A stretch of 64,000 nt of DNA from Schmidtea polychroa. Its lineage: Eukaryota. The first letter of the stretch is position 1. The number at the start of each line of letters is the position of its first letter. The notes beneath the pieces are model-generated. The model worked only from the letters and a program-made list of their open reading frames with translations, did no database searches and was not told the origin of the DNA. A program made the position numbers and the translations under genes. Positions 12,801 through 26,149 of this stretch are shown here, piece after piece. Location of the stretch: positions 51,398,001 through 51,462,000 of the forward strand of contig CM097887.1 in NCBI GenBank assembly GCA_044892525.1, in the 5' to 3' direction.

Positions 12801-15800
12801 CCAATAAGATAACACTGAGAAATTATACTATACAAAGACAAACAAATAAATGGCTTACCCACATAATTTATTTGATATTTGGTGAAATTGTTTGAAAAAA
12901 CTAAGAAACTTTAGAGGAAAACATACCTACAAACAAAATATATTGTGCAGATACTTCAGAAGCAGTTCTTAATAGTACAACTTCCGATTGAAAAAAGATG
13001 TTTTTTTTTCACAATTTGTTTGTTTTACACAGTAGATTTGCTCAAAATGCCAATTACCAAAAAAATAAAAAAGTTGTGATAAATCTAAAGTGAATTGAAT
13101 AAATATTGACAAAAAATTTTTTTAAAATTATTTTTCAAGTAGTAGACCCTGTCGGTATTTTTAGTTCTTTTTTATTTTCTAAGGATACAAAACAAACTTT
13201 ATTCTAGTTTTTTAAATATATTAATAAAAAAAATCAATTTTAATCAACAAATAAATAAATAATAAATTGATAGTTAATTTTAAATCATTTTCCCAATAAA
13301 AATCAATCAATATTACCAAAATGAATTGTTTTTGATTTTATAGTATGTTTTTTAAAAAAAATAGAAACTCCTTTTTAATTAATGTGTCTTTAAATGAATT
13401 TTATACAGTTTCGTTTACAGTTATATATAGATATAAAATTTTAACGAATCGAAATTAATGGCTTTGAGAAGCATTCATACTGTCAGGTAGTAGGGGTTTC
13501 AAATCTAGGATGGAAAAACTTATAATCCAGCGCTTCAGCGCTAACATTGAATTTATGTGAATTTTTATTTACTTTAAAAGCTTAATTGAAAATGTATTAT
13601 AATTAAAGTGATTATATATGATAAAACTTTGCGATCATTTTGTACCAGTTCCTATGACTTTAGTTAGAGGCGAGGAAAACTTTATCTGATTCATGTTTAT
13701 CGATTTTTTAAAATTTTCAAAATCAATTTTACAAATTTATTTATTAAATTTTATTAAATTTGTATTTATAAAATTTTGGCTACTTCAAAATTTCTGTATG
13801 CCGAAATCACAGGATTATATATCATATAAGATCTGATTATAATTTTGAAGTAAAAAAATATTGTAATATTTTGTCATACATTTTTGATTTCTGAATTTAT
13901 TTCCTGAGAAATCTTAAAATAAAAAAAATTCCAGGGCAGCATGCGATCATATTTCGGTGGTATAATATGTTTGGATTGGTCTGCAGACGATAAATTTATA
14001 GTTATCGGTGGTCAGGATGATCTTGTAACTATTTGGTCTGTGCAGGATCAAGTTGTGGTTTGTCGTGGTCAAGGTCACAAGTCATGGGTTAGTACGGTAA
14101 AATTCGATCCTTTCATGTGTCCTTCAAATGATAATTTGCAATCTACAAGAAATAATTCGGCTACAGATACAAATGAAAACAATGAAGAGAATTTACAAGC
14201 TACTAAAAACAGTACTGATATCTTGAATTCCAATACATACAGGTGTGTAGTGCATTTAATATCTTTAGTATAATAAAACATAGTTTGCTCCTATTTCAAA
14301 AAGCATTAAGGAGCTTAGGATTTGCTCAGTCGCCCACGTAAGACATTTAGACTTTAAATACTACTTATTCACATGCATTCTTCTTTTGAGATCTTCTAAA
14401 ATATATACGGCTTATACAAAATCTCAATTTGGATTCAAATTCTACCAAATCTTGCAAGGGTAATTCTTATATTAAACCTAGGTCACATGAAAGCAAAAAA
14501 AAATCTTGAAATTGAATAAATATTCGTTTAAAATTTTTCCCAATTTAGGAAAAATTAGTTTCATGGTTATCATGTGGCCATTATCACATAATCATGTGTT
14601 AACGTGTGTAAATAACTGTGTAATTTGTATCAAATATTTTTGTCGTTATCGTCACTAAATCGGAGTTAATTAAATAAAAATCAATTGAAATCAGACCTAA
14701 TTCTGCTGCCATTCATATATTCGTCAATCGAGATATGCTTTGACCTTTAGAAAAAATCAAAAATTCTATCTTTTCAGGTAAAGGTTTAACCAAAAGATTT
14801 AAAAGTGGTCGAGTTTAACGTCAACATTTTTTTAGTATAGTAGGTTCATTTTGAGAGTAAGAACTGTTTAATAGCCCATTTTCGTTTCTGGATCTTAATC
14901 AAATTTCGAAATAAAGCAGAGACATTCAATAGTACAAGCTCAAACTAATTCATCTCAATAAAAATTCAAAAAAGTAATTACGAATCCTAACTAAATTTCA
15001 ATTAATAAAGATTTTGAGCAAATCAACGCAAACAGAAAAATTTAACCCAATTGATGGTTTATTTTTTGTACACAAGATATCCAATCAATGGAAATGTCTT
15101 TATAGTTTCATCTTTCTGTTTCGAACTACACTATAGAAATTTTTATAACTGGGAAAACTTCTTTCCAATAATTTAAAGACCAGTAGTATCGTGTTTCTTT
15201 TAATAGTTATTCATAGCTAAATTTCTTGTCCTGAAATTTATTCGATGGCTTAATATTTAATACATTTTAGATTCGGAAGTGTCGGACAAGATACGTTATT
15301 GTGCTTATGGGAATTAACGGAAGATGTCATTCGGCAAGCTCTTAAATTTTCAAACAATCAGAAAGAAAAATTAAAAAATGACTGCTCAAAAATTAACAAT
15401 AATGATGAAAATTATATAATTAACAGTGATTATTTATCGTCGAATTCATCAGCAACTATTCCAAAAATCAAATTAAAAGGTTCATTGTTGAAAACAACTA
15501 AACTTATCACAAATAATCAAAACGAATCAAACCATCATTTAAATAATCAATCTAATTACTCAACGGCGTCATTAAGTCAGAAATTTGTTCATAGTTTGGG
15601 AGGAATACTTGGAAATGGTTCTTCAAATATAGATAGAAAACACTTTACTTTTAGCGGAGGAAGTGTGTCTTTCAAATCCAATCAGAAACTTTCGGAAAGT
15701 AAGCAGAACGGCTCCACATCAATGGATAGTGACAAAAAGTAACTTTATTTAATTTTTCTTAGTCTTCTTCAGTGAAAAATACATATTAGCAATTCATATA

Positions 15801-18800
15801 TAAGGGACAATCGAATAATTACAACAATACTCCATGCATCACCAGAATAGATAGTATTGTCCTCACTGGGTTGTTTGTACAAAGTAATCAAGAAGTCATT
15901 CCGCAGTAATAATAATGTAATTGTATAATTTAATTTTTCCAATTTTCTTAACGATAAAGTTAATTATAATTTGATTGACATTAAACAGTAATTTAAATAA
16001 TATTTTTTATATTTAAATTTATCAACATTTCATCGATCATAATATTTATGAAAATATTAATTCAAAATAATTACCAAATTGTCAATTTTAGAAAATAATG
16101 TTTGAATAATTTTAATCAGCGGTTTCTAAACACTTAAAAGATCGTAAAATTTTCGTGACCCAGTAAATGATAATGATAAAAGAACGAATCAAATGATCGC
16201 CTTATTTTTCTGTTTTTTTATTTGGTATATTAATTTAAGACATTAATTTAAATATAAAAAGGCACCTTTATTTAACATCATTAAACAGTAGTCAGTACTT
16301 ATTTTGAATTTTTTGACTAATAAATATCAAATTGATTAATTAATTATTAAATCGATTATTAAATAATTAAATTCATAAAACTTTTGTCAAGCCTAATAAA
16401 AATGTTTTGGATATTTATATTATGAAAATTAAAATTATAAACAAAATTCCTTAATATGATATACCGAATTATCAACTTGATATCCTACATAAATAATAAG
16501 ACAAAGCTGATTATAACATTTTACACAAAATAGATAGTTGTGGTAAACAAAATTTATACTAAAATTTTGTATAAATTTCGGTTTGTGCTCATAACGGTTA
16601 ATGAATATTACAGTTTCTTGAGCTCTATTATGTTATCTGTATGGTTGTAATTTAGCATACTAAAATTATGCTACTATTGTGGGGGTTCGTATTGAGTAGT
16701 GCAAAAAATTTTTAAATCAATAAAATGCCAATACTTAAAAAATCAAAATTAATTAAAAATTTGAAAAATTAAAAGTTGACCTATTTCGGTGGAAACAGAT
16801 GTGTGCCCAAGCACCAACAAGTGCAATGTCAGATTTCTGTAAATTGCCACCTTTTTTAGAATTCCTGAACCTGAACTCACCCACTGAGTCCACATCTTGC
16901 GAAATCGATCATTAAAGGGTTTTTTGAGACAGGAATCCGGTGGCTGGATTATAGATGTGAGTTCTCCCGGAATTACAGCAAGGTTAGTTTTGAGATAATT
17001 TGCTCTTAACATCTCCCATTCCAACAATGAAATTTGTAAAAAAAAAATTAATTTGTACTTTTATCGACCCGTGTATAAGTCGAAGTGGCTATTTAAAATT
17101 TGAAGTAAATTTCTCTACTTATACGATTATTTTTTTAAATGTTTTTGAAAATAGCTTAATTTTAAACATAATTGATTATTTAAATAAAATAGTGCATTTT
17201 GTTTATTAAATATATAATATTGTGGTGGCCTTTGAAATGTTAATAACTGATTTTGCATTTTTATTTATCATTTCGTTAATTTCTTTTTCATTAATATCAT
17301 CAAATTTTGTACATTTAGCTAACCATGCATTATTAACAACATAATCAACGGACAACAAAGAATTTATGACGAAATTTAATTCATTTCAATTACTAACTTC
17401 TTTGACTTTGGAATTATTTTCATTAATTTTAAAATTTTGAAATATACCATTAGTTCTGCTTAATTAAAGAACAATGGCACCAATTTCTAATAACGTTTCA
17501 ACCAACTGTTTTCCTATTCCTTTCGAACCACCGTTCACTAAAACTGTCTTACAAGAAAAATCGTAATTTATCGTCATTCAATATTTTAATAAAATTAACT
17601 GATATTAAAAATAATTTAATAAATTGAAAACAACACTAATCATGTAATAAATATATAAACTGTAGTCACTCTCGCTTTAATATTTAAATTTTTGCTTTAA
17701 TTTACTTAATTTAAAAATATTGATTTAATTTAAAATTTTGGATCATTGATTACTTAATTTGAAAATTTAAACCCATAATTTACTTAATTATCCTCAGGCG
17801 CGTACGCAGGATGAATCCATGGGGGGGGGGTTTAGAAAACATATTTTGTATATGTATTTTTATTTTTTCACGTAATAGCTAATAGCTAGCACTATTTACC
17901 AAATTATATTCAAATTATATTTCACTTTATTTCAATATAAAAACAATTACCTATAGGTATATTTTTCTCTCAACTTTTTTAAAGAAAATTGTAAAGAAAA
18001 CTAAATAAAAATTTATTAAGAAATATGAATAATAATTATACATTATAAGAAAAATTAATATAAAAGTTTTATTAGAAAAAAAGTAATATACTATATACAT
18101 ATTAAAAATTATATAAGAAAAATTAATAAAAAATTAAGCAAGAAAAATTAATAGAAAATTATACATATGATGAATATCTTTGTATAAGAAAACTCAATAC
18201 AAAACTCAATATTAAAAATTATGTATTGTTTTCTTATAAAATAGAATAAAAATTGCATATTCAGCAAAAGGACTATTTTCTGAAAAAAATAAAAAGCGAT
18301 ATAAATTAAGACTGAAGTTCAAAGATTTTTCTATCCATAAATACCTAATCCAAGCGAATTTCTAATTTACGTGAACTTTTTGCTAGTTCATCTAGAACTG
18401 CATCTGTAGAAATCGCGACATTACGATGAATATTAAGTAACACTAATCCATTTAACCTATCTTCACTCATTGTGTTGCGTAAATACGTTTTAAGTCGTCT
18501 CAATGTTGAAAAAGATCGTTCACTGCTTGATGTTGTAACTGGTAGTGTAGCAAAAACAAATATTTTAAGTAATTTTCGAACAGTTGGGAAAATTGAATCG
18601 TCGCATGCTAAAAATGCATTATGAGCATTTTTTGGTGTATTCGAAGAATTTAAAACATGGCGCCACCATAGCTTCAGCTCACCAATGCCCTCAACTATGC
18701 TACAGTTTGTAATACTATTATATTTTCCTAAAAGGATTTTTGCAGAATTTTCGTGCTCCGATGAAAAGTTTTGTTCATTTGGCAAAAAACACATAAAACT

Positions 18801-21800
18801 TTGAAATATATTTTTATGTTGCAGAAACCGATCGTGAATTTGCATCTTTGTAGCATCCACCAAAGGAATGAAGAAAAAAAATCTTTGATGTTATTCGAAT
18901 CAGAATCTACATAACGAAAGCATAATGAAAATGGTTCAATACCAGCTATATCACTAGTTTCGTCAGCCAAAATCGAAAATGATTTCGCACTATTTATTTT
19001 AGCAACAATTGAACGAACAACTATTATGTTGCATGCACTTATAATTTCGTTTTGAATTCTTGGACTCAAATAAGTTGCATTTTTTCCTGACACCTCTAGA
19101 TGATTTTTAAGTATTTCATCTTCACAATGAACTCTAAAACGTAAAAGTGCTTGAAAATTTCCATCATTTTCCTCTGGATTATCAAGTGTTAAAGTGCCAG
19201 AGTCTCTATGTCCTCTTAAAGGCAAACCTTGTCGACCGCAAAAAAGTATAGCTATATATCGGCATTCGGAATATTTCTTAAATTGTTTTAATTTTATATA
19301 TTTTTTAATTATATTTTTTTATATTGTTGTTGGAATCATGGGGAGGGTTAACCCCCCCCCCCCTCGCGCATGATTATCCCTTATTTACCTATTTATCCTT
19401 GTATTACTTAATTTAACATTTCACACCATAATTTACTTAACAACCATATATATAACCCTTATTTACATATTAAACCAATAATTTCATGTGGTAATTTAAA
19501 GATTTGCATTAATTAAATTAATATTAATTAAAATATCAACTTAATAATTAAACTTAAACAATTCGTTTAAGGAAGGCAATGCTGAAAATTCGTNNNNNNN
19601 NNNNNNNNNNNNNNNNNNNNNNNNNNNNNNNNNNNNNNNNNNNNNNNNNNNNNNNNNNNNNNNNNNNNNNNNNNNNNNNNNNNNNNNNNNNNNNNNNNNN
19701 NNNNNNNNNNNNNNNNNNNNNNNNNNNNNNNNNNNNNNNNNNNNNNNNNNNNNNNNNNNNNNNNNCAATGTCAATGGAAAAGAAATCAGTGGTAAATTTG
19801 AAAAAAAAGTTCTTATAATATTAATAATTAAACTTAAAATATATTATTAAATTAATTAAATTAAAATGATTGTTTAAATATTCAAAAAAAACATTTTTAA
19901 AAAGAAAAACATTATAAAAAATTCATGCATCTTTCGCCATTTCAATCACTAACCCATATCAAAATCTATAAAAAACAAAAGCCAATCATTCGAGAAGCTG
20001 AAACCTATGTCTACCAAGACGAGATCTCTCTGTTGATTACCTTAATCATCGACATCTTCTATTCGACCAAAGAAATTCTCCGTATCAGCTGGAATGATCA
20101 ATATGTCTTCGATTGCCAAAAGAAGTTAATGATCATTGTCGTTCCAGATAAATATTCCAATACTTTACATCATACGATAATGGAGTCGATATTCCTAAAA
20201 GCGAGTTCATCAACAATCTCAGTACAATCACCAGATCAAGTACCCATCCTTTCGTGGAAACATTGACTGTTATAGCAAATATTTCTATGATCGTTTTCAA
20301 TGTCGTTTTCAATCGAAACTTCATGCAAATTAGTCTCGTGTCTCCACATAAACAACTAATATATTTGAACAACATACGCAATACTTTATCAAAAGTGTCA
20401 CAGAAATATTTCACTGAAATCTATTGTTTTCGAAATAATTTCTCATCCGAATGTTATAATATTTATTTATTTCAGAATTCGATGGGAAGAATTTCCTTGA
20501 TTTTTATTGGAACTGAATTTTAGAATTGATTAAAAATATTGTTTCAGCAAGCTTTTCTTATAATACAGTGTACCCTCAATTACCCGTGCATGGATTATCC
20601 GGTTTGCGGATTATTCGTGCTTGAAAAATATATTTTTTAATTCAAATTTAATTTGATTGATTTTTTTTCTATTACGATCTTAAATACGCGCGTTGTTTGA
20701 AAGAAATTATTTTTAATTTCTTTCTGTGTGATATTATTTTTCTTGTTATATGTAATCTCAAAAATTCATATTTTACCTCTACATATCTTTACCGTTAAAA
20801 TGGAGAAAGACTGATTAAGAAAAAAAACTAAAGAAAATTGTACTCAAGATAAAACAGAAACTTACATTAATTGACAGATTCGAAAAAGGAGAATCCACGT
20901 TGGAAAATTTTTATTTTTTGGAAGGAAAACACAGAGAAGTGGCTTATTTATGATTTAATTGATCAAGGCTTTAAACGTATGGACGATCCATATATCGTTT
21001 CTCTTGTTGCTCAAGAGGAAGAAAATGACAGTAATACTACAAGCGCAGAAGATACCAGCGGTTACGTTAGTCATGAAACGGATTGAATTGTATTGAAACA
21101 TTGCTAGATTACGCTGAACAAAAGGGAACTGAATATATTAATGTAATAGCTTTAAAAATATTTCGAAAACAAATGAAAATAACAGATTTTTTTAAAATTT
21201 GTGTACATTTAAAAGTATACTTTTATATTTTCATGTTCGTATATATGATAAAATATTATAATTTTACTTGTTTGTGTTTTCTTGACAAATAATGAATATA
21301 AAAATGTGTTAAATTTTGTGTTGTATATATGATATTATATTCGAAAATAAAAATACGATCATTCTGATTATCTTTGTTTTTCAATTATCCGTCACCATCC
21401 TTCCAAGCATTATTGAGAGTGCACTGTATTTCTATAGATTTCGATAATACCACCAAACGGATCGCTACAAATATCTATAGTTTTTCTAAGCTACTTGATA
21501 ACGAAGCGAATACTGTCGAAATATATCTTAAAAGCATGCTTCATTGGCGCTTTTAATAAAGATTATTCCCATTGTTTCCATATATATATACGATTTAAAA
21601 TAATAGTAAACAGATTCAAAATAAAGAAAATTCATTCATATAAAACAATACTTTAAAATTTAATTAAAAAAAGTACTTGTAACACTAAAAATTTTAAATT
21701 TGGTTAAACAATTTTTCTAATTAAATATAAAACTTAAGACGGCATCTAGCCAGTAAAAATGAAAAATAAATAAAAAGCCTATGACCTCTTCCGAATTAAA

Positions 21801-22957
21801 TGAGGGTCACATGCAAAATTTCAGCACCATAGGTCCAACCGTGGGGAATTAATTTTATGGGTAACAAACAAACTTTCATCTATATATTTTAGATATATGC
21901 AGGATCTTGACTTGTTGTATAGCATAATCGGAATTTTATAAACTTCGTTTTTCATTATATATACCCTTTATTTTTAGTAATTTTTCTGTAAAGATGAAAT
22001 ATTAATAAAGTTTAATAAAATTAATTTGATATTAATAAGAAATTTTCAATTACAGTATTTTTAAAAGTGGAACTTTTCTAATTAATCGGAATAAAAAGTT
22101 ATATTCTTTATTTTCAATTAATAATATTCTGATATATTTGTCATATATAAATACGATATCATTATATATAAGCAATTTGTATATATTCGCCTTCAAATGC
22201 AAACACGTCCATGCGTACTTTTTCTTATTCATGGTAGTTTTCCTATTTTTTGCTTGCTGGCTAATTTTGTCAATTGTAGATTAAAATTATCCTAAATATT
22301 TAGTTTATAGTAATAATTTTTTATTAATTTAATAATCCATATAATAATTTCTGTCAAAAAATATGAATTAAGTATTCACAGATCCGACTGGTTGTTATGG
22401 TTTTAGTCAAATAATTTTATTAAATAAAAAACTAATAAGAAAAAATCCTTTTTGTACTTTTTTATTAGTGAAATGTGTCTTTCATTTTTAAATATAGGTT
22501 ATTATTCAATATTCAACTCTATTTTGACACTTCAAATTTCTAATCAAGCATTTAATTAAGATATTTGGGCACTTCTCAATGTCCCAAATTAGAAGATGTT
22601 CCTATACTTGAACCCATTGTATCTAAGCATGTATCCAACGACCGCCTAACAGATTTGGTATTTAGAGAAGAGACTGTGTTATGCACTAGCCAACAAGGAA
22701 CGGTTTATGCATGGACTAGGCCGGGTTATACAGTATACTCAATTACCTTGTTCTATCATTTATAATTTGTCTACAAAATGTAGGTTGTTAAAACAGTTCT
22801 CAACAACACAGATATCGACGGGAAATCATCAGTTTCACTCAACTCTCTCAATCAGAATTCAAATTTACAAGGAAACAGTTCCTCGTGGTCTCAGAGAAAC
22901 TCAAGTTTGAAAATCAGCAGAACTATACAGAAAGGCCAGTCTGGCACAACCATTTAG
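9819..22957 (+). CDS. WDR20: WD repeat protein 20 / DMWD family (USP12/46 cofactor), 5'-partial; exons 9819-10250, 13935-14242, 15271-15738, 22561-22732, 22784-22957
   Basis: Joined translation has family motifs [108 protein letters not shown] and [38 protein letters not shown]. All junctions are GT-AG with matching phases (0,2,2,0). The N-terminal exons were not found in the window. Confidence 0.93.
16740..17085 (-). mobile_element. pogo-family DDE transposase fragment
   Basis: [34 protein letters not shown] resembles the pogo VIPGGxTSxxQPLD..NKPFK motif. A pogo-like terminal motif CCCGTGTATAAGTCGA lies near 17068. Confidence 0.7.
17205..17577 (-). pseudogene. Classical short-chain dehydrogenase/reductase (DCXR/L-xylulose reductase-like) 5' fragment, unprocessed pseudogene
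   Basis: Minus strand from ATG 17577: [42 protein letters not shown], then a 42-bp GT..AG intron, then [58 protein letters not shown]. Shows the Rossmann GxxxGxG and NNA(G) motifs and two in-frame stops. Absent from the ORF track. Confidence 0.75.
17795..19372 (-). mobile_element. Internally deleted hAT element (ZMYM1/PRKRIR-like transposase)
   Basis: Left end CAGGCGCGTACGCAGG, degenerate right end ..CGCGCATG, 8-bp flanks ATTATCCT / ATTATCCC. ORFs 18728-19225 ([45 protein letters not shown]) and 18345-18863 ([36 protein letters not shown]). The central region is missing. Confidence 0.9.
19994..20355 (+). pseudogene. HSP90: Cytosolic Hsp90 N-terminal ATPase-domain fragment (decayed)
   Basis: [30 protein letters not shown]...[11 protein letters not shown] [frameshift] [39 protein letters not shown] aligns by eye to Hsp90 [30 protein letters not shown]...[37 protein letters not shown]. 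One internal deletion and one frameshift. Confidence 0.8.
20395..20559. repeat. ~165-bp dispersed sequence, second copy at 57221-57384
   Basis: The two segments align co-linearly (e.g. GAATTCGATGGGAAGAATTTCCTTGATTTTTATTGGAACTGAA vs GAATTCAATGGGGAGAATTCCCTTGATTTTTATTGGAACTAAA). Confidence 0.85.
20566..21392 (+). mobile_element. Tigger/jerky-like non-autonomous relic
   Basis: TA|CAGTGTACCCTCAATTACCCG left end and GATTATCCG subterminal motifs. Internal [50 protein letters not shown] resembles a Tigger C-terminus. The right TIR was not found. Confidence 0.65.
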
Positions 22958-23217
22958 TGTTTCCAAATTTCTCTTAGTACATAATATATATGTATATTTA
23001 TATATTTAAATCAGATTCAATTACATAATTTATATTTACTTCATGTCGAGAGATTGATGAAGATTTTTACTTCTCTTTGATAACTTATAATAGAAATAAT
23101 AATAAAAATGATGATGATGATCATAATGAGAATTCTAATTTTTGATTCGATATTTTGCCGCTTGTGATTTGTGAATCTTGATTCCGGGCGTTATCGATCA
23201 TTAGATATTTTGTTAAA

Positions 23218-23277
23218 ATTATAATAATAATTATTATTATTATTATTATTAATTATTATTATTATTATTATTATTAT
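23218..23277. repeat. (AAT)/(ATT)n microsatellite downstream of the WDR20 stop
   Basis: Direct observation. Confidence 0.9.
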
Positions 23278-26149
23278 GGTTTTTGAAAATCTATTTTCTA
23301 TGAAATTCAATAAGCGATTACAAATATTTTGTTTTCACATTATTGATTGTGAATTTTGTTTGTTTTTAATAAAAGGTCTGGGTGATGCTGACTCCTCGTG
23401 CTCTTTATATAAATTGCAAGAAATCCAATACGAAAATTATATTTAAACTGATTGCACGCTGATCAAAAACAGTTTGACTTAAACGATTTGCAGTTTATTT
23501 AAAATTTCAATATGTGTATGTGTGTGTAACTCCTCCCTAAATCACTCTGTAATCAATATTCGGTTTACATGCTGTTTCCACAATTTCCTGGCTCCTTTTC
23601 TAGAACACCGTATTTGTCATCTTTCTTAGATGAAATTTATTTCTTTTAATTTTTTATTTATTTCATTTCTATACATATTTATTATCAAATATATATTAAA
23701 AAGTATTTTTTAAATAACTGCTTTAGGAACGTACGTCGACTTAAAATTATTATATTCGGATTTGTATCAATACTTGCTACTCGCTCATAAATGTTTTCCT
23801 TAAAAAAATATTAATTAAAAAAATTTTTAACACTTATTTGTTAGGATTGTAAGACTATGGGTTCAGATATAATTCTTTATTCCCTACATTAACGTTTCTA
23901 TTTTATTTCGTATTATTGAGTTATCAATTAAATAAATATTCAACGTGTATTTGTATTTGAATTGTTACAATTTACAAAACTCCGAATATCGCAATAAAAT
24001 GTATGTTCTGGTTACTTGATAAGCCTCGCTGTGCCCACTTCTACAACAATAATCACATTTTTCTTTGACTTAATTTGATCCTTTCTTTGATTTTAACAAT
24101 TTTCTTTTTTACATACTCTCATTTTGAAGAAAAATGCCGATTGTTTCTAAATTTGAGTTCCTTTATATAGTTAAAATAGTCGCATTGATTGATGGTGTTT
24201 TAAGTCATTGTTCATTGACAATCTTTGCCTCGCGGGCTTTTTCATTTTCACATATAGAAGAATCTGTTGAAATATTTAAAAAAAATAAAGACAATGACAC
24301 GCGAATGGAATAAAAATGAAATTGTTAATTTCTTGCAAACACACGGCATTAATGGCAGAGATGTGCAAAAGTGTATTCTTATAAAAGAGCTAAAAACTAC
24401 TTAATAGATCAATGACAGATAAAAATTGGGGGAAGATAAGCAAAATAATATATAAACAATATGTTACGAAAGAAGTATTTAATTATAGAGTCGTTGGGTT
24501 TTATAATAACAAAAGATTGATCGTTGGTTACTCTGACCCCTCGTTTTCAGACAAATCAATAAACTCCGATTTCCCAACGTATATTTGTTATTACACTTTA
24601 CAATTCTCAATCACAACAAATTTCACAACAATAATTTAATAATCAAACTTTTTATCTATTCGATCAAGCCTCACCTCGGAAGTCTCGACCCTGTGCGATC
24701 TTGAAAGTAACTATCACCTTTTTATTCCTTTATTCGACTCCTTGCCTTTGATTCGATTTGTTTGACTATTTTGAATTTAATTCACTCAACTCTTTGATTC
24801 ACTTTTGATACCCTTTAATTTCCTTGATCTGATTTCTTTGATTCCTTGATTTTCCACGTCTCTTCAATTTCACCTCTTCTAACAATCTCCAAAACCTATT
24901 GTCAATTTCTTCTTCCCTACCTAAGGCTAACGCCAAATTTTCTGAATTTGGAGTCTCCTTATATACTCCAATAATCATTTTGATTACCAGCGGCTTCCTT
25001 TGATATTATGATAAAATAACTGTAATTAATCGCTTCTACCGTTCCTTCATGTTATTTCCGATCTTTTTTTTTATTTACCCTTACTTATCCTGTTGATTCC
25101 ATAATAGTTCTCTAAAAGTTAAACTGTTTATTTTTCTCGATTACCGCGCTCGGTTGTTAAGATAATGTCTCTCCAAAAGTCGTTTTGTTTGTTTTGATAA
25201 TCGTTCTCCAACGTTCAGTTTGTTTATTTTCCCTAATAACCGTGCTCGAGGTTTCTTCATCTCTCGGGTTCTCCATTGGCTCGGACTTCCCATTAGCCCG
25301 GGTTTTCCATTAGCCAATTAATTAATTAATTAATGATTTCTGTTTTAACCTTTTTACCTATTTTCAACCCTTTCAAGACATTTTCTGACAATTTCTTGCT
25401 CGCTATCTTCTTCGCCAATCCCTGATCTACACCTATTCCGTTTTCCAGCTTCGATTTTGATAACTTTTCAATTTATTCCAATTTCTCCGATTTGCACTTT
25501 TTCTCCATTCCGTATCTGCTTACACCTTTTTCTCGTTCTGTTTTCCTTATGTCTTTCTTTGACTTCAATTCTCTGCTTGATTGCGATTCTCTTTCGTTCC
25601 ACTTCAATATTCTTTTGATTCAAAATAATTCTAATTTAATTTAAAATAATTTTAATTTAACAACCTCAACAGAGTCAGATATATAGACGTGGTAATGTCA
25701 GCAGAAATCAAAAATAATGGAGATATGAATATTCTATGAAAAAATTAAAAATAAAAAAAAGAAATAGAAAAAATAGAAATTTTTTTCAATTATTTGAGAA
25801 TCATTTAAATGACATTGATTCAGTTTTGTTATACACCAACCGGCAATTGATTATCATCGAATCGCCATTGATTTGCAAATTTAATAATATAAATATTAAC
25901 TTACCTATAATAAATGTGTGTGTGTCATAGCCAGATGTGACATTGAATTTGCAAGGTGACATTAAATTGGCAATTACACTATAGAAAGATAGAAAAAATC
26001 GCAGTTGGAAGAAAATTAAATAAATACATACAAACACGGTTCACAAAATTACTATAATAAAAATTACATACTATAGGACATTGATTTATCATACGGACAT
26101 TCAATTAGCAAAAATTTTTCAATTTAAAATTAATTAATTATAAAAAAAT

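Noticed and set aside
19541-19818. ORFs spanning the N-gap (also 33092-33505)
   Set aside because: Artefacts of translating Ns. CNP exon phases are consistent without a hidden exon in the 33.1-33.5 kb gap.
21374-21556. 60-aa plus-strand ORF after the Tigger relic, considered as a further Hsp90 piece
   Set aside because: No convincing alignment in any frame.
21760-21900. Sequence resembling non-autonomous Helitron-like repeats (AAATTTCAGC..ACAAACAAACTTTCATC)
   Set aside because: Resemblance only; termini could not be defined.
24400-25680. Pyrimidine-skewed region with GC-rich patches and short direct repeats
   Set aside because: Probably a non-coding part of an LTR element; no ORF, TIR, TSD or RNA motif could be supported.
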